Shown piece after piece: positions 9,665 to 18,958 of a stretch of DNA of 52,387 nucleotides. Every line of letters begins with the position of its first letter. Positions within the stretch are counted from its first letter, which is position 1. Below the pieces are notes generated by a model. It was not told the DNA's origin. It was given only the letters and a program-made list of their open reading frames with translations, and searched no databases. Location of the stretch: positions 1 through 52,387 of the forward strand of contig JANOAV010000151.1 in assembly GCA_031411295.1 (NCBI GenBank). Reading direction: 5' to 3'. The DNA comes from Verrucomicrobiales bacterium. GTDB taxonomy: Bacteria; Verrucomicrobiota; Verrucomicrobiia; Verrucomicrobiales; V1-33. The translations under genes were made by a program, and so were the position numbers.

Positions 9665-10549
9665 ATGAAAACGAAAGGCATTATTCTCGCTGGCGGAGCC
9701 GGCACCCGGCTCGATCCCTTGACGCGCATTGCTTGCAAGCAATTGCTGCCCATCTATGACAAGCCCATGATCTACTACCCGCTCTCCACCCTCATGCTCG
9801 GTGGGATTCGGGAAATCTTGATCATTTCCACCCCCAAGGACCTGCCGATGTTTGAGGCCCTGTTGGGCGATGGAGCCAGCCTCGGGATTCGTTTGGAGTA
9901 TCGCGTCCAGCCCGAGCCCAAGGGCATTGCCCAGGCGTTCCTGGTGGGGGAGAGCTTCATTGGGGATCAAGGGGCCTCGCTCATTCTGGGCGATAATATT
10001 TTCTACGGGAAACTCGATTTCTTCCGCAACGCCCTGGCGCTGGCCGACGGCGCTTGTGTCTTCGGTTACCATGTGCGCGACCCCGAGCGCTTCGGCGTGG
10101 TGGAATTCGATGCCCAGCGCAATGTGCTGAGCATCGAGGAGAAGCCCAGCAAGCCCAAGAGCAGTTACGCCGTGCCCGGACTCTACGTTTACGACAGCAC
10201 CGTGGTGGAGCGGGTCAAAGCCCAACAACCGTCCCCCCGGGGAGAACTGGAGATCACCGACCTGAACAACAATTACCTGCACGATGGCAAACTCAAAGTG
10301 CAACTGCTCGGACGCGGCATCGCGTGGCTCGACACCGGCACCCCTGCCAGCATGTTGGAAGCGGGAAACTACATCGCCACCGTCGAGCGGCAGCAAAGCC
10401 TGAAAGTCGCCTGCCTGGAGGAAGTCGCCTTCAACCGCGGCTTCATCGACGAAGCCGGATTCGAAGCCGCCATCGCAGCCCATCGCAATCCAGACTATCG
10501 CAAGTATCTGGAAACAGTCCTGGCGGAAAAGCGCGGCGGTTTGGTGTAG
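9665..10549 (+). CDS. rfbA: glucose-1-phosphate thymidylyltransferase
   Basis: KGIILAGGAGTRL, KQLLPIYDKPMIYYPL, SPRGELEITD, AWLDTGT. Confidence 0.97.
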   Translation: MKTKGIILAGGAGTRLDPLTRIACKQLLPIYDKPMIYYPLSTLMLGGIREILIISTPKDLPMFEALLGDGASLGIRLEYRVQPEPKGIAQAFLVGESFIGDQGASLILGDNIFYGKLDFFRNALALADGACVFGYHVRDPERFGVVEFDAQRNVLSIEEKPSKPKSSYAVPGLYVYDSTVVERVKAQQPSPRGELEITDLNNNYLHDGKLKVQLLGRGIAWLDTGTPASMLEAGNYIATVERQQSLKVACLEEVAFNRGFIDEAGFEAAIAAHRNPDYRKYLETVLAEKRGGLV

Positions 10550-10577
10550 TTTGATTTGTTCAGCGCCCTCAAATCAC

Positions 10578-10610
10578 AAAACCCGAAGTCCACGTGGCTT
10601 CGGGTTTTTT
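10578..10610. terminator. bidirectional rho-independent terminator
   Basis: aaaacccgaag-tccacgtgg-cttcgggtttttt between the convergent rfbA and tRNA genes. Confidence 0.8.
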
Positions 10611-10627
10611 CATGCGGAAATTGTAGA

Positions 10628-10699
10628 TACCAAGGAGAGGACTTGAACCTCCGACCAAGGGCTTATGAGTCCCCTGCTCTACCACTGAGCTACCCTGGC
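10628..10699 (-). tRNA. tRNA with CAT anticodon, probably tRNA-Ile2 (lysidine type); tRNA-Met not excluded
   Basis: Reverse complement GCCAGGGTAGCTCAGTGGTAGAGCAGGGGACTCATAAGCCCTTGGTCGGAGGTTCAAGTCCTCTCCTTGGTA forms a cloverleaf; anticodon arm resembles E. coli ileX; no encoded CCA. Confidence 0.9.
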
Positions 10700-10883
10700 A
10701 TGGTGTCCGTCCTGCGTTGCAGAAGCGGGAATGTAATTAACTTCGGAGCGGCGGTAGTCAAGAAAGAATTCTGGAGAATTGCTGAACCTCGCCCGGCTCA
10801 AGGCAGGCGTGGTGCTGGCTCATAAAAAAAATTTAATGACGGCCCTGCGAGCTGGCCCGTCGTCTGCTGTCATGGCGGTGGAG

Positions 10884-11579
10884 TTAGCTGCCCAGAGCGA
10901 CGGACACCGTCTCACTCCACTGGCCCACTGGCGCATCCCCCACGCGGAAGATGCCCCGGTATTTCCATTGGGTCAGCGTCGTGGGTTGCTCATGGGTGTC
11001 GGTGTAACCTGGGGTCGTATCGAACGTGAGGATTTGCCACCCGTTCCCGCGATCCACTTGGAGTTCGATTTGATCGAGGAATTTGCCGTAGCCACCGAAG
11101 TTCCAGTGAATCTGGACCCCGGCGGGAGTCGCGACCACGGTGAAGACGGGGCGCAGGGTGACCAGGTCGGGGCCGGATTCCTGGGGGCCGATGATGCGTA
11201 GATCCGTGCCCATGGCGGGTGTGCAGAGTGGGTTTTGTTTCAACTTGCCCACGCGATCGAAGATCCTCAGGAGGCTGCCCTCCTTTTGCGGCACGGCACC
11301 TTCTAAACCGGGTGCGGAGAAGACGGGCAGCACCAGGTTGCCGCTCGTGCCCGTCTGCGCTTGCTCCGCCGCCGCCGTGTTGGCCTGCGCCCAGGCCCGC
11401 GTGGCCGGGAGGTAACTCCCCAAAATGTAGGCCAACCAACTGGCATCCGCTACCGCCGCATCCCGTTCCGGATCGGTCAAGCCGAGCGCGGTGGCGTAAC
11501 CTGAAAGTTTGTTGGCAAAGTTGCGCAACCAGACCACTTGGTCGGCAGTGCGGGAGGGATAGTAGGTTTGGCGTCTCAT
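10884..11579 (-). CDS. uncharacterised protein, N-terminal helical region plus C-terminal FN3/Ig-like domain
   Basis: 231 aa; YYPSR..DQVVWLRNF helical start; beta-rich end VQIHW...WQILTFDTTPGYTD...WKYRGIF...VGQWSETVSV; no signal peptide. Confidence 0.8.
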   Translation of the reverse strand: MRRQTYYPSRTADQVVWLRNFANKLSGYATALGLTDPERDAAVADASWLAYILGSYLPATRAWAQANTAAAEQAQTGTSGNLVLPVFSAPGLEGAVPQKEGSLLRIFDRVGKLKQNPLCTPAMGTDLRIIGPQESGPDLVTLRPVFTVVATPAGVQIHWNFGGYGKFLDQIELQVDRGNGWQILTFDTTPGYTDTHEQPTTLTQWKYRGIFRVGDAPVGQWSETVSVALGS

Positions 11580-11768
11580 GGGTTTGGTTTTTGGTGGGTG
11601 TGGTGGGCTACGGTGGGGGAAAAATGGAGCGCAGGGCACCGGGTTTCAGGGCCATGAAAGGAAGTGGGTGGAATTTTCCCTGATGGAGGGCCATCCAGAG
11701 GCAAAAGCGAGTGCTCCCCAAGTGAGTATTCTCATACAGACCACGGAGTTGCGGCAAATGTTGCAGGC

Positions 11769-12062
11769 TTGGAGGAGACCCCGCGTGATTTGGGATCAAT
11801 CCCGCGTGATTTGGCATCAATCCCGCACGTTTTGGGGGGAATCCCAGACGATTTGGGATTGATCCCGGATGGCTTGGGATCGATCCCGGACGGCTTGGGA
11901 TTAATCCCGGACGGCTTGGGATTAATCCCAGATGGGTTGGGATTGATCCCAAATGCCTTGGAATTAATCCCAGATGGGTTGGGATTGATCCCAGATGGGT
12001 TGGGATTGATCCCAGATGGGTTGGGATTGATCCCGGATGACTTGGAATTGATCCCGTTGCTC
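11769..12062. repeat. tandem array of 14 x 21-bp units with palindromic core
   Basis: consensus TTGGGATTRATCCCRGAYGGS; core GGGAT-YR-ATCCC is self-complementary. Confidence 0.95.
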
Positions 12063-12384
12063 ACGGGAGATCCCTCAAACGGGTTTATTTGAAAGGAAAA
12101 CGGGGCGTTGGCATCCGGGGGAGCGTATTCTAAAGCACTTTTTCGTGCCTCGGGCGGTATTGGGTATACACCAAGCCTTGATTCATTCACAGCTAGGGAT
12201 TTATCACAAACCCAGCCTGGAGTCAAGATTTTCGACGCAGCTGGTTTTTTGGAATATCAATAGTCGCAAGTAGGAAGTAGCTGGCAGCAAAGCTGTTTAG
12301 GTTTAGCCACCAAGTCGGACTTGCTCCTCAGGAAAATTCAGTTATAGCTCGGGAAATAGTATATTGAATCAAACCAACCTACCC

Positions 12385-14910
12385 ATGAACCCGAGCCTGC
12401 ATCCTGCATCCACGAGCGGGCAGCTTCCGCCGCCTCCACCTGTGGCGGTGTTTCAAGCCGAGCTGGTAAATGGAATCGGCAAATGGTCGCTGCAATTCGA
12501 AACGATTCCCGGATATGGTTACACCGTGGAGCAAAGCCAGGACTTGGAGCATTGGGACTCAGCCCCGAATGGGTTGTTCTATGGTAACGGCAACGGGCAG
12601 AAATGCTATATTTGTGATGGCCCCATGCCCCCACTACAGACCAGTGGCACTGGTGGAGGCACTCCACCACCCACGCCCTCATGGAATTTGCAGGAACTAG
12701 AATTCGTGCTCCAGCTCCAAACCGATAACGGCAGCCCTACCTTCCGGTTAAAACGTCCCGCTTACACCCCAATCGGGGCCACGGGGCCACTGGCGGCATG
12801 GGATCAGATTTGCTCTCAGGCTCTGCCAGCACAGACGGACGGCACGCGTTCATTCTATCTCTTGGAATGGGCTGATGCGGCCACGCATACCATGTATTGG
12901 GTGAACGTAGTGACGCAGTGCTCCACCGACCCCATCGACCCAGATAGTGAACCCACCACCCCGGAGCAGGCGGGGGAATACCAGGTCTTCCAGGCCATCA
13001 AGGCCCAACTTATCGCGCGGATGGCCGCGCCCGATGTGGCGGCAGGACCGCCAGTGCCCAGTCCCCACAAATTCGCCCGCCTCAAACGCACCGAAATCGA
13101 CGTCAACCAAAATGGCCTATGGGATTGGTGGGAGTTGGCGCATAGTTACCAGCCCTTTGCGCTGGCAGGGCAAGTAGGTTATGCGGATGGTGGGGCCGAT
13201 GATGATGCTGACGGCTTAACTAATGCCCAAGAACTCGCACTTGGCACGGACCCCCATATCCGCGACACGGATGGGGACGGCTTTCTGGATGGAGAGGATA
13301 CGGATCCCACAAATCCTGACAAGCACCCGGATCCTGTCACTTACATCGTCGTGGCTACCAAGCGAGTTTCCATTTCGGATGGTTCACCCACTTTCTCTGA
13401 GAATTTTACCAGCAATTGCCTCCCTAACCACGCGTGGACATTCACCCACCTTCCTGAAGTTACTAAACTTAAGCAAGATCTGGGTCTGTTTCTCCTGCCG
13501 GAGGATGCTCAGTCCCCGTCCCTCGATAATGCAGAGGGTGATATGTCTGCCTCCGGTTCCATTACCAAACTGACTTCCAACGAAGGGACTTACTACACTG
13601 GACACCTCGAAGCCGCCCGCGTGTGGCTGGTCCATAAGCCCATAGAAAAATTCGACGTGGCGCAGAAATTCCTGAAAATCACGACCAATGTCGGCCCCGG
13701 CATTACGGATCCAGAATTAACTACTCCTGAGGAAGTCACCCTGACGGTCCCGAAGGGCGACACCCAGTCGCCCCCCGAAGAACTGGAGCCCACTCCCACT
13801 GCGGTGGTGACGGATGCCTTGTTGGGAACCGCCAGCTCCACGGTCGCCTTGGTTCGAGTAGAAATCGAACCGGACGAAAACATGGCCGGGATCGTGGGTG
13901 ACGTCGTGCCCTCCGCCAAAAGCGGCAGCACGGTAACTCACTTCGTCACGCCGAAGAAATCTACCGACTTGCCGCAAGAGTATGTGGAACTCCGGGCGAA
14001 AGGAATGACGGCTGCGGCATTTAATGCCAAGTATAGGTGGGAAGGTGGTGAGGAGTGTGCCGAGGGCAACAAACATAAAGTAAAGCGGGATGCCACGGGT
14101 AAAACAGTCCTCAAAATTTTGACCAAAAAAGGTAATGTGGTGGCCGCCGAAATGAATGTTTGGGTGGTCTGGGCTGATTCGCAAGATCCTGTTCGACGGG
14201 AAATCACTACAGGTAATGTTATTGGGAGGCCTATAAGCGGCGATGATGCACTAGCGTTTCGCATTGCAGGAGGTTACTCCTTTAAATTCAGTATTGAACC
14301 TGTTGATCTGTTTGCAGATCATCCCGCTGAAAAGCCTGAATTGGAGGATGAAAACACCTTTAAGAAAGTGACCATTGATCCCCCGGGTGCCACGATGGTC
14401 CACGTCCTAGAGGGTGTTAATTTAAAGCTTGGGGCAAACATGAAGTTTGATGTTTCCCGCCGCCTTCGACTAAAAATTCTGAATCCAAACGGTATAGCGA
14501 AATCCTGGTTTCCCAAAGTCAAAGGGCCAGTTTTTGACGGTCAACCAAAAATGGACGTGATAGTCGCTGAGTTTCCAAATGACGGGAAAGTTGGGAACGA
14601 CGATCCTTACACCACTGGCCAGGACAATAACCCCTACCTCGCAACGAGAAAAGAGAATTTAGCACATGGCAAGGGGGAGATTTCTTCGACCGATATCCCG
14701 AACACATACATGTTTGGGGAGGCTGGAAACGAAGGTGACACCTACGAAATGCGTGCGCAATTCGGGGAGTTTGCCAGATTATTGATTGGGGGAAATTGGT
14801 ATAAAATATCTGATTACACAAATTGGAAATTGCACATGAAATTTTTGCATGCTAATTTTCTTTGGCATAACAATGGATCGGTATTAAGTTTAGATAACGC
14901 AGGATTTTAA
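12385..14910 (+). CDS. large protein with Ca-binding thrombospondin-type-3-like Asp repeats and a variable C-terminal region
   Basis: DVNQNGLWDWWE, DDDADGLTNAQELALGTDPHIRDTDGDGFLDGEDTDP; C-terminal half has no family I recognise. Confidence 0.8.
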   Translation: MNPSLHPASTSGQLPPPPPVAVFQAELVNGIGKWSLQFETIPGYGYTVEQSQDLEHWDSAPNGLFYGNGNGQKCYICDGPMPPLQTSGTGGGTPPPTPSWNLQELEFVLQLQTDNGSPTFRLKRPAYTPIGATGPLAAWDQICSQALPAQTDGTRSFYLLEWADAATHTMYWVNVVTQCSTDPIDPDSEPTTPEQAGEYQVFQAIKAQLIARMAAPDVAAGPPVPSPHKFARLKRTEIDVNQNGLWDWWELAHSYQPFALAGQVGYADGGADDDADGLTNAQELALGTDPHIRDTDGDGFLDGEDTDPTNPDKHPDPVTYIVVATKRVSISDGSPTFSENFTSNCLPNHAWTFTHLPEVTKLKQDLGLFLLPEDAQSPSLDNAEGDMSASGSITKLTSNEGTYYTGHLEAARVWLVHKPIEKFDVAQKFLKITTNVGPGITDPELTTPEEVTLTVPKGDTQSPPEELEPTPTAVVTDALLGTASSTVALVRVEIEPDENMAGIVGDVVPSAKSGSTVTHFVTPKKSTDLPQEYVELRAKGMTAAAFNAKYRWEGGEECAEGNKHKVKRDATGKTVLKILTKKGNVVAAEMNVWVVWADSQDPVRREITTGNVIGRPISGDDALAFRIAGGYSFKFSIEPVDLFADHPAEKPELEDENTFKKVTIDPPGATMVHVLEGVNLKLGANMKFDVSRRLRLKILNPNGIAKSWFPKVKGPVFDGQPKMDVIVAEFPNDGKVGNDDPYTTGQDNNPYLATRKENLAHGKGEISSTDIPNTYMFGEAGNEGDTYEMRAQFGEFARLLIGGNWYKISDYTNWKLHMKFLHANFLWHNNGSVLSLDNAGF

Positions 14911-14916
14911 GACGCC

Positions 14917-15681
14917 ATGAATATTCTGCATGTAATGAAGAGCATATTTTCAGCAATTTTTACCGCGGGGCTGGTCGTTTTCACAGTGCATGGGCAGGAA
15001 GCACAAGGGGAAGCAGACATCGCCAGATTCAAGGAGCGTGTTCAAGCGCTGGAGAACCAAGACGCAAGCACGTTGGCTCTTGCGGACGAAATAATAACTA
15101 GTTACAAGAACTACGCTCATCAAAAGAATTTCCCGGTCTTTGAGACTACGGTGACGCAGGGGCACCCCGAATTAGTCTATCTCGCTATAGAACATTTATT
15201 CGGAGATCGCATATTATCTGAGGGTTCTAAAGCCTTGGCTTTGCTGAAGACAAAGGTTAACGCCGAATGGCTCATAGACCGTTTCGGTTATGAGTGTTTG
15301 TTCACAGCGTCAGGCTGGAACGAATCATCACAATTTGTTCACAACGCGGCCCTGATGGAAATGGAACGCAGCATTTGCAATATCTTGGACTTGAAATTGG
15401 AGTTGGAACGCGACAAGCGGGTTCCGCTTGAGGTGTTTCGAGCCGCGCTGGGTCCAAGCACCCACGAAGGGGTATCTCCCACAGAAGCTAAACGCCTGAA
15501 ATTAGTGGCAATGCTCGATTCAGTTAATAATCCGACAGAACCAACCCAAGCATCGCTTCCTAAACCCGTGCCCACCGCCGTGCCGAAAATCACCAACTCA
15601 ACTGCATGGTGGAAATGGCTGCTCGGAGGGCTTGGCGTAGTTCTATCCCTGCAATTCCTGTGGCGGAAAAAATCCTCCTGA
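14917..15681 (+). CDS. exported, C-terminally membrane-anchored hypothetical protein (immunity-like position)
   Basis: N-terminal signal peptide, Pro/Thr linker, then WWKWLLGGLGVVLSLQFLW-RKKSS; starts 6 bp after the upstream stop. Confidence 0.75.
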   Translation: MNILHVMKSIFSAIFTAGLVVFTVHGQEAQGEADIARFKERVQALENQDASTLALADEIITSYKNYAHQKNFPVFETTVTQGHPELVYLAIEHLFGDRILSEGSKALALLKTKVNAEWLIDRFGYECLFTASGWNESSQFVHNAALMEMERSICNILDLKLELERDKRVPLEVFRAALGPSTHEGVSPTEAKRLKLVAMLDSVNNPTEPTQASLPKPVPTAVPKITNSTAWWKWLLGGLGVVLSLQFLWRKKSS

Positions 15682-15976
15682 AAATGGCCTGAAGCCTGCC
15701 GTGCTTAAGTAGCATCCTATAGCAAAACCAGCGCCTTTACATGTTGCAAATGTAATGTTTGTCCGCTTGCTGCATTGTTCTGCCAGAGATTGACAGAAGG
15801 ATGATAATTCCGGCTTGATCTCCATTCGATTGCTGGCAGTATCAGCACAAATTTACCATGACCACCTTGGCATGGGTAGCGCGAAATCCCATGCCGTCAG
15901 CCTCGCGCCGCCTTGTCTTGGTTTCCTCGGTAGGCTTGGAGCGTATTTTCTATAACCATTAACCCGACTGCCTTTC

Positions 15977-18958
15977 TTGACGTCCCATTTAGCTCCTGAT
16001 AACATAGCGAAGCCCCCCCTGCGGCCTGAAGAGACAATGGGGTGCCTGCTCGCGTCGGGACGATTGCTTGCGCAGGGAGGTCCGGCTTTGTATCTGGACG
16101 GCGGTGAGTCGGTGAGCCATGATCGGCTGGAGGAAATATTGGTGGAGGCGGAGTCTGCTTTGCTGGCCCTGGGGGTGGGACGCAGGACGCGGGTGATGAC
16201 GGCTTTGCCGGATGGTCCGCTGACGGCTTGTGTGTTGCTGGCGCTGGCGCGCACGGCGGTTTGTGCTCCGGTGAATCCTGATTTGCGCGGGGCGGAGTTG
16301 GCGGTGTTGATTCCTGAACTGGCGGTGGAGGTTCTGGTGGCGCATGGATTGTGTGCCGCAGAGGCGCGCCAGGCTGCGACGGCACTGGGGTTGCCAATGA
16401 TTGAAGTGGATTGGGATGCGGCGGGTGGCCTGCGCTGGTCGGGGGCGGCTCTGAAGGGGGCACCGGCAAGGCCGGTGGCGGCGGAACCGGATGATACCGC
16501 GTTGGTCCTGCTGACGTCCGGCTCCAGTGCCCGTCCCAAACGCGTCCCGTTGACGCATCGACAACTGACGCTGGCGGCCAAGCGCATGGCGGAATCGGTG
16601 GCGCTGACGGCGGCGGACTGTTGTTTGAATTTGATGCCGATGTTCCATGTGGGAGCGGTGGTGGATCTGCTGCTGGCTCCGTTGTCCGTGGGAGGATCGG
16701 TGTTGCGTCCAGAGGTGATGTCGGTGGCGGCTTTCTTTGCCGCGTTGGATACAGGGCGACCGACTTGGTTTCAGGGCGTCCCGACGCTGTTGCATGAACT
16801 GGCGGTACAAGCGGTGCGGCATCCGAACGAAGCCCGGGCTGCGCTACGATTCATTCGCGCGGTGTCCTCGCCCCTGCCGCAGGAGTGGCTGGCGGAGATC
16901 GAGCGGGCGTTGGCGGCTCCGATTATCGAAATTTACGGCATGACGGAAACGGCCGGGATCATTACGAGCAATCCGTTGCCGCCTGCGGTCAGGAAAAGAG
17001 GATCGGTCGGCAAGGCGACTTCATTGGAAATTGTGGTCCGGGGCAGTGAAGGTTTAGCCGCGGAGGTCATGGAACGGGGAGAAATCTCAGTGCGTGGTCC
17101 CGGCGTGATGCAGGGTTATGAAGGGCTGACGGGAGAGGCTGGGGGAGCGCTGGGGATGACGGTGGACGGGTGGTTGTGCACCGGAGATGAAGGGTATTTC
17201 GATGCTGATGGCTTTTTGTTTATTACAGGACGGATCGGAGATCAGATTAATCGCGGGGGAGAGAAGATTTCCCCCCGGGAAATCGATGAGGTGCTGGCCT
17301 CCCATCCGTCGGTGCAGGACGTGGCGGTGTTTGCGGTGCCGCATCCGCAGTTGGGCCAGGAAGTGGCTGCAGCCATCGTGGTGCCGCTGGGTCTGGACGG
17401 TTCGCTCACGGCGGCAACCTTGGCGGAACATGTGGGCCAGCATTTAGCTTATTTCAAAGTGCCTAAACAATTTTATGTGGTGCCGGCATTGCCACGGGGG
17501 CCGGGCGGCAAACTCCGCCGGAGGCTGCTGCCGGACATGGTTCGGGAGCTTACGCCGCTTGGCAATGCGGCACCGACTGATCTGGCCGCACCGCAGACCG
17601 AAATGGAAAAGCGGGTGGCAGCGTGGTGGGAAGCCGAGCTTCGCGTGACCGGAATCGGTCGTCAGGGACATTTCTTTGATCTGGGGGGCGACTCGTTGGC
17701 GGCCGCTAGTGTGACGGTTGGGATCGAACGTGCGCTGGGCGCTGCGATTCGGCCTGCCGCGCTGTTCGATCATCCCACGGTGGCGGCATTTGCGGCCTAT
17801 CTGGAACAAGCGTCAGCGGCCAAGCCGAAGCAGGATATCACCGGAGAAGCGCCACCCACAGCGGTCTTAAATTCCGAGTTGCTCCAGCGCTTGCGGGCAG
17901 CCATGAGCGTGTGGACTGGGGAGCGTCGTGACGAATTTTCTCTACTGGTAGGCCGACGGACCCAAGGTGCAGGCATGCCGGTGTTCTGGTGCGGTCAGGG
18001 GTCGGCAGAGTTCGATGATTTCGCCAATTTGCTGCCTCCGGAAATGCCGCTTTATGGGACCCGATCGCTCTTTCTGTTTGAAGGGAAAAAGCATGAGGAC
18101 GAGGCTGCGCTGGCACAAATGCTGGCGCTTGAAGTAACGGCAGTCGCAGCGGGCCGGCAGATTATTGTGGGTGGTCTGTGCGCGGGCGGGAGAATTGCCT
18201 TCCAGGTAGCCTGTCATTTACGGGAGCGCGGGGAGCCCATCAAAATGGTGTTTATGCATGAGGTCTTTCCCGCCCAAAGCCTGGATGTGCCAGTGGCCGT
18301 GGGGATGTGCGCTTCGTTTGATCGCAGCCCCTACCGCCAGTTTAACCGTCCCGAAGCGGTCATGCAAAAGCGGTGCTCCGCAGGGTTTAATCTATGGACG
18401 CTGGGAGGAGATCACGACGACGTTTACAAGCCCCATTCCCTGCCGCAGGAGATGGCGAAGTTAATTTCGCTCTGGTCAGATACCACCAGCTTCCAACCTC
18501 CAGCCCCCATGGTGGAGGTTCCGACCGTGGCTTACCGAGCGCGATACTCCTGCCTTTTATACCCAAGATGGTGGCGGGCCAATCGTCAAGCTACGGTGCG
18601 GGTCAAAGTCACGAACACGAGCAATCACGTTTGGCATCCGGGGGCGCGCAGCGGCTTGCATCTGGGTTGTCGCTGGCTGGATGCCGCTGGCAAGCGGATC
18701 GGAGATCCGGGCGCTTCCGTTGCCTTGCCGGGAGAAGTGTTGCCCGGGGGCTCTATTGCCGTGAAACTGAACCTCACGGTTCCTACAGAACCTGGCCAAC
18801 GGTTGCTGGAGATCGACATGGTCGATGAAGGCATCGCGTGGTTTTCGGAAAAGAAATCGCAGCACCCGACCCAGGCCCTTCGGCTGAAAGTCCGCATTTT
18901 GGACTTTGACCTCTTTCGTTTTTCTGGACAACGTCCCCGCTCAAACCTTCTCTCATGA
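15977..18958 (+). CDS. NRPS-like multidomain enzyme: adenylation, carrier protein, thioesterase-like, Ig-like domain
   Basis: LLTSGSSARPK, IYGMTE, TGDEG, PRGPGGKL (A domain); FFDLGGDSL (Ppant Ser); GGLCAGG and GGDH (TE-like); C-terminal VTNT..W...LGCRW...LEIDMVDEGIAWF; start uncertain. Confidence 0.9.
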   Translation: MTSHLAPDNIAKPPLRPEETMGCLLASGRLLAQGGPALYLDGGESVSHDRLEEILVEAESALLALGVGRRTRVMTALPDGPLTACVLLALARTAVCAPVNPDLRGAELAVLIPELAVEVLVAHGLCAAEARQAATALGLPMIEVDWDAAGGLRWSGAALKGAPARPVAAEPDDTALVLLTSGSSARPKRVPLTHRQLTLAAKRMAESVALTAADCCLNLMPMFHVGAVVDLLLAPLSVGGSVLRPEVMSVAAFFAALDTGRPTWFQGVPTLLHELAVQAVRHPNEARAALRFIRAVSSPLPQEWLAEIERALAAPIIEIYGMTETAGIITSNPLPPAVRKRGSVGKATSLEIVVRGSEGLAAEVMERGEISVRGPGVMQGYEGLTGEAGGALGMTVDGWLCTGDEGYFDADGFLFITGRIGDQINRGGEKISPREIDEVLASHPSVQDVAVFAVPHPQLGQEVAAAIVVPLGLDGSLTAATLAEHVGQHLAYFKVPKQFYVVPALPRGPGGKLRRRLLPDMVRELTPLGNAAPTDLAAPQTEMEKRVAAWWEAELRVTGIGRQGHFFDLGGDSLAAASVTVGIERALGAAIRPAALFDHPTVAAFAAYLEQASAAKPKQDITGEAPPTAVLNSELLQRLRAAMSVWTGERRDEFSLLVGRRTQGAGMPVFWCGQGSAEFDDFANLLPPEMPLYGTRSLFLFEGKKHEDEAALAQMLALEVTAVAAGRQIIVGGLCAGGRIAFQVACHLRERGEPIKMVFMHEVFPAQSLDVPVAVGMCASFDRSPYRQFNRPEAVMQKRCSAGFNLWTLGGDHDDVYKPHSLPQEMAKLISLWSDTTSFQPPAPMVEVPTVAYRARYSCLLYPRWWRANRQATVRVKVTNTSNHVWHPGARSGLHLGCRWLDAAGKRIGDPGASVALPGEVLPGGSIAVKLNLTVPTEPGQRLLEIDMVDEGIAWFSEKKSQHPTQALRLKVRILDFDLFRFSGQRPRSNLLS

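Noticed and set aside
9638..10483. 281-aa minus-strand ORF
   Set aside because: Antisense shadow of rfbA with no motifs.
11769..12062. CRISPR array interpretation of the 21-bp repeats
   Set aside because: Variable parts are only 7 nt and are related or repeated; the period is far below CRISPR size; no cas genes in the window.
10628..15681. Genomic island integrated at the CAT tRNA
   Set aside because: The accessory genes lie on the tRNA 5' side; its 3' end abuts a terminator and rfbA; no duplicated tRNA end or integrase was seen.
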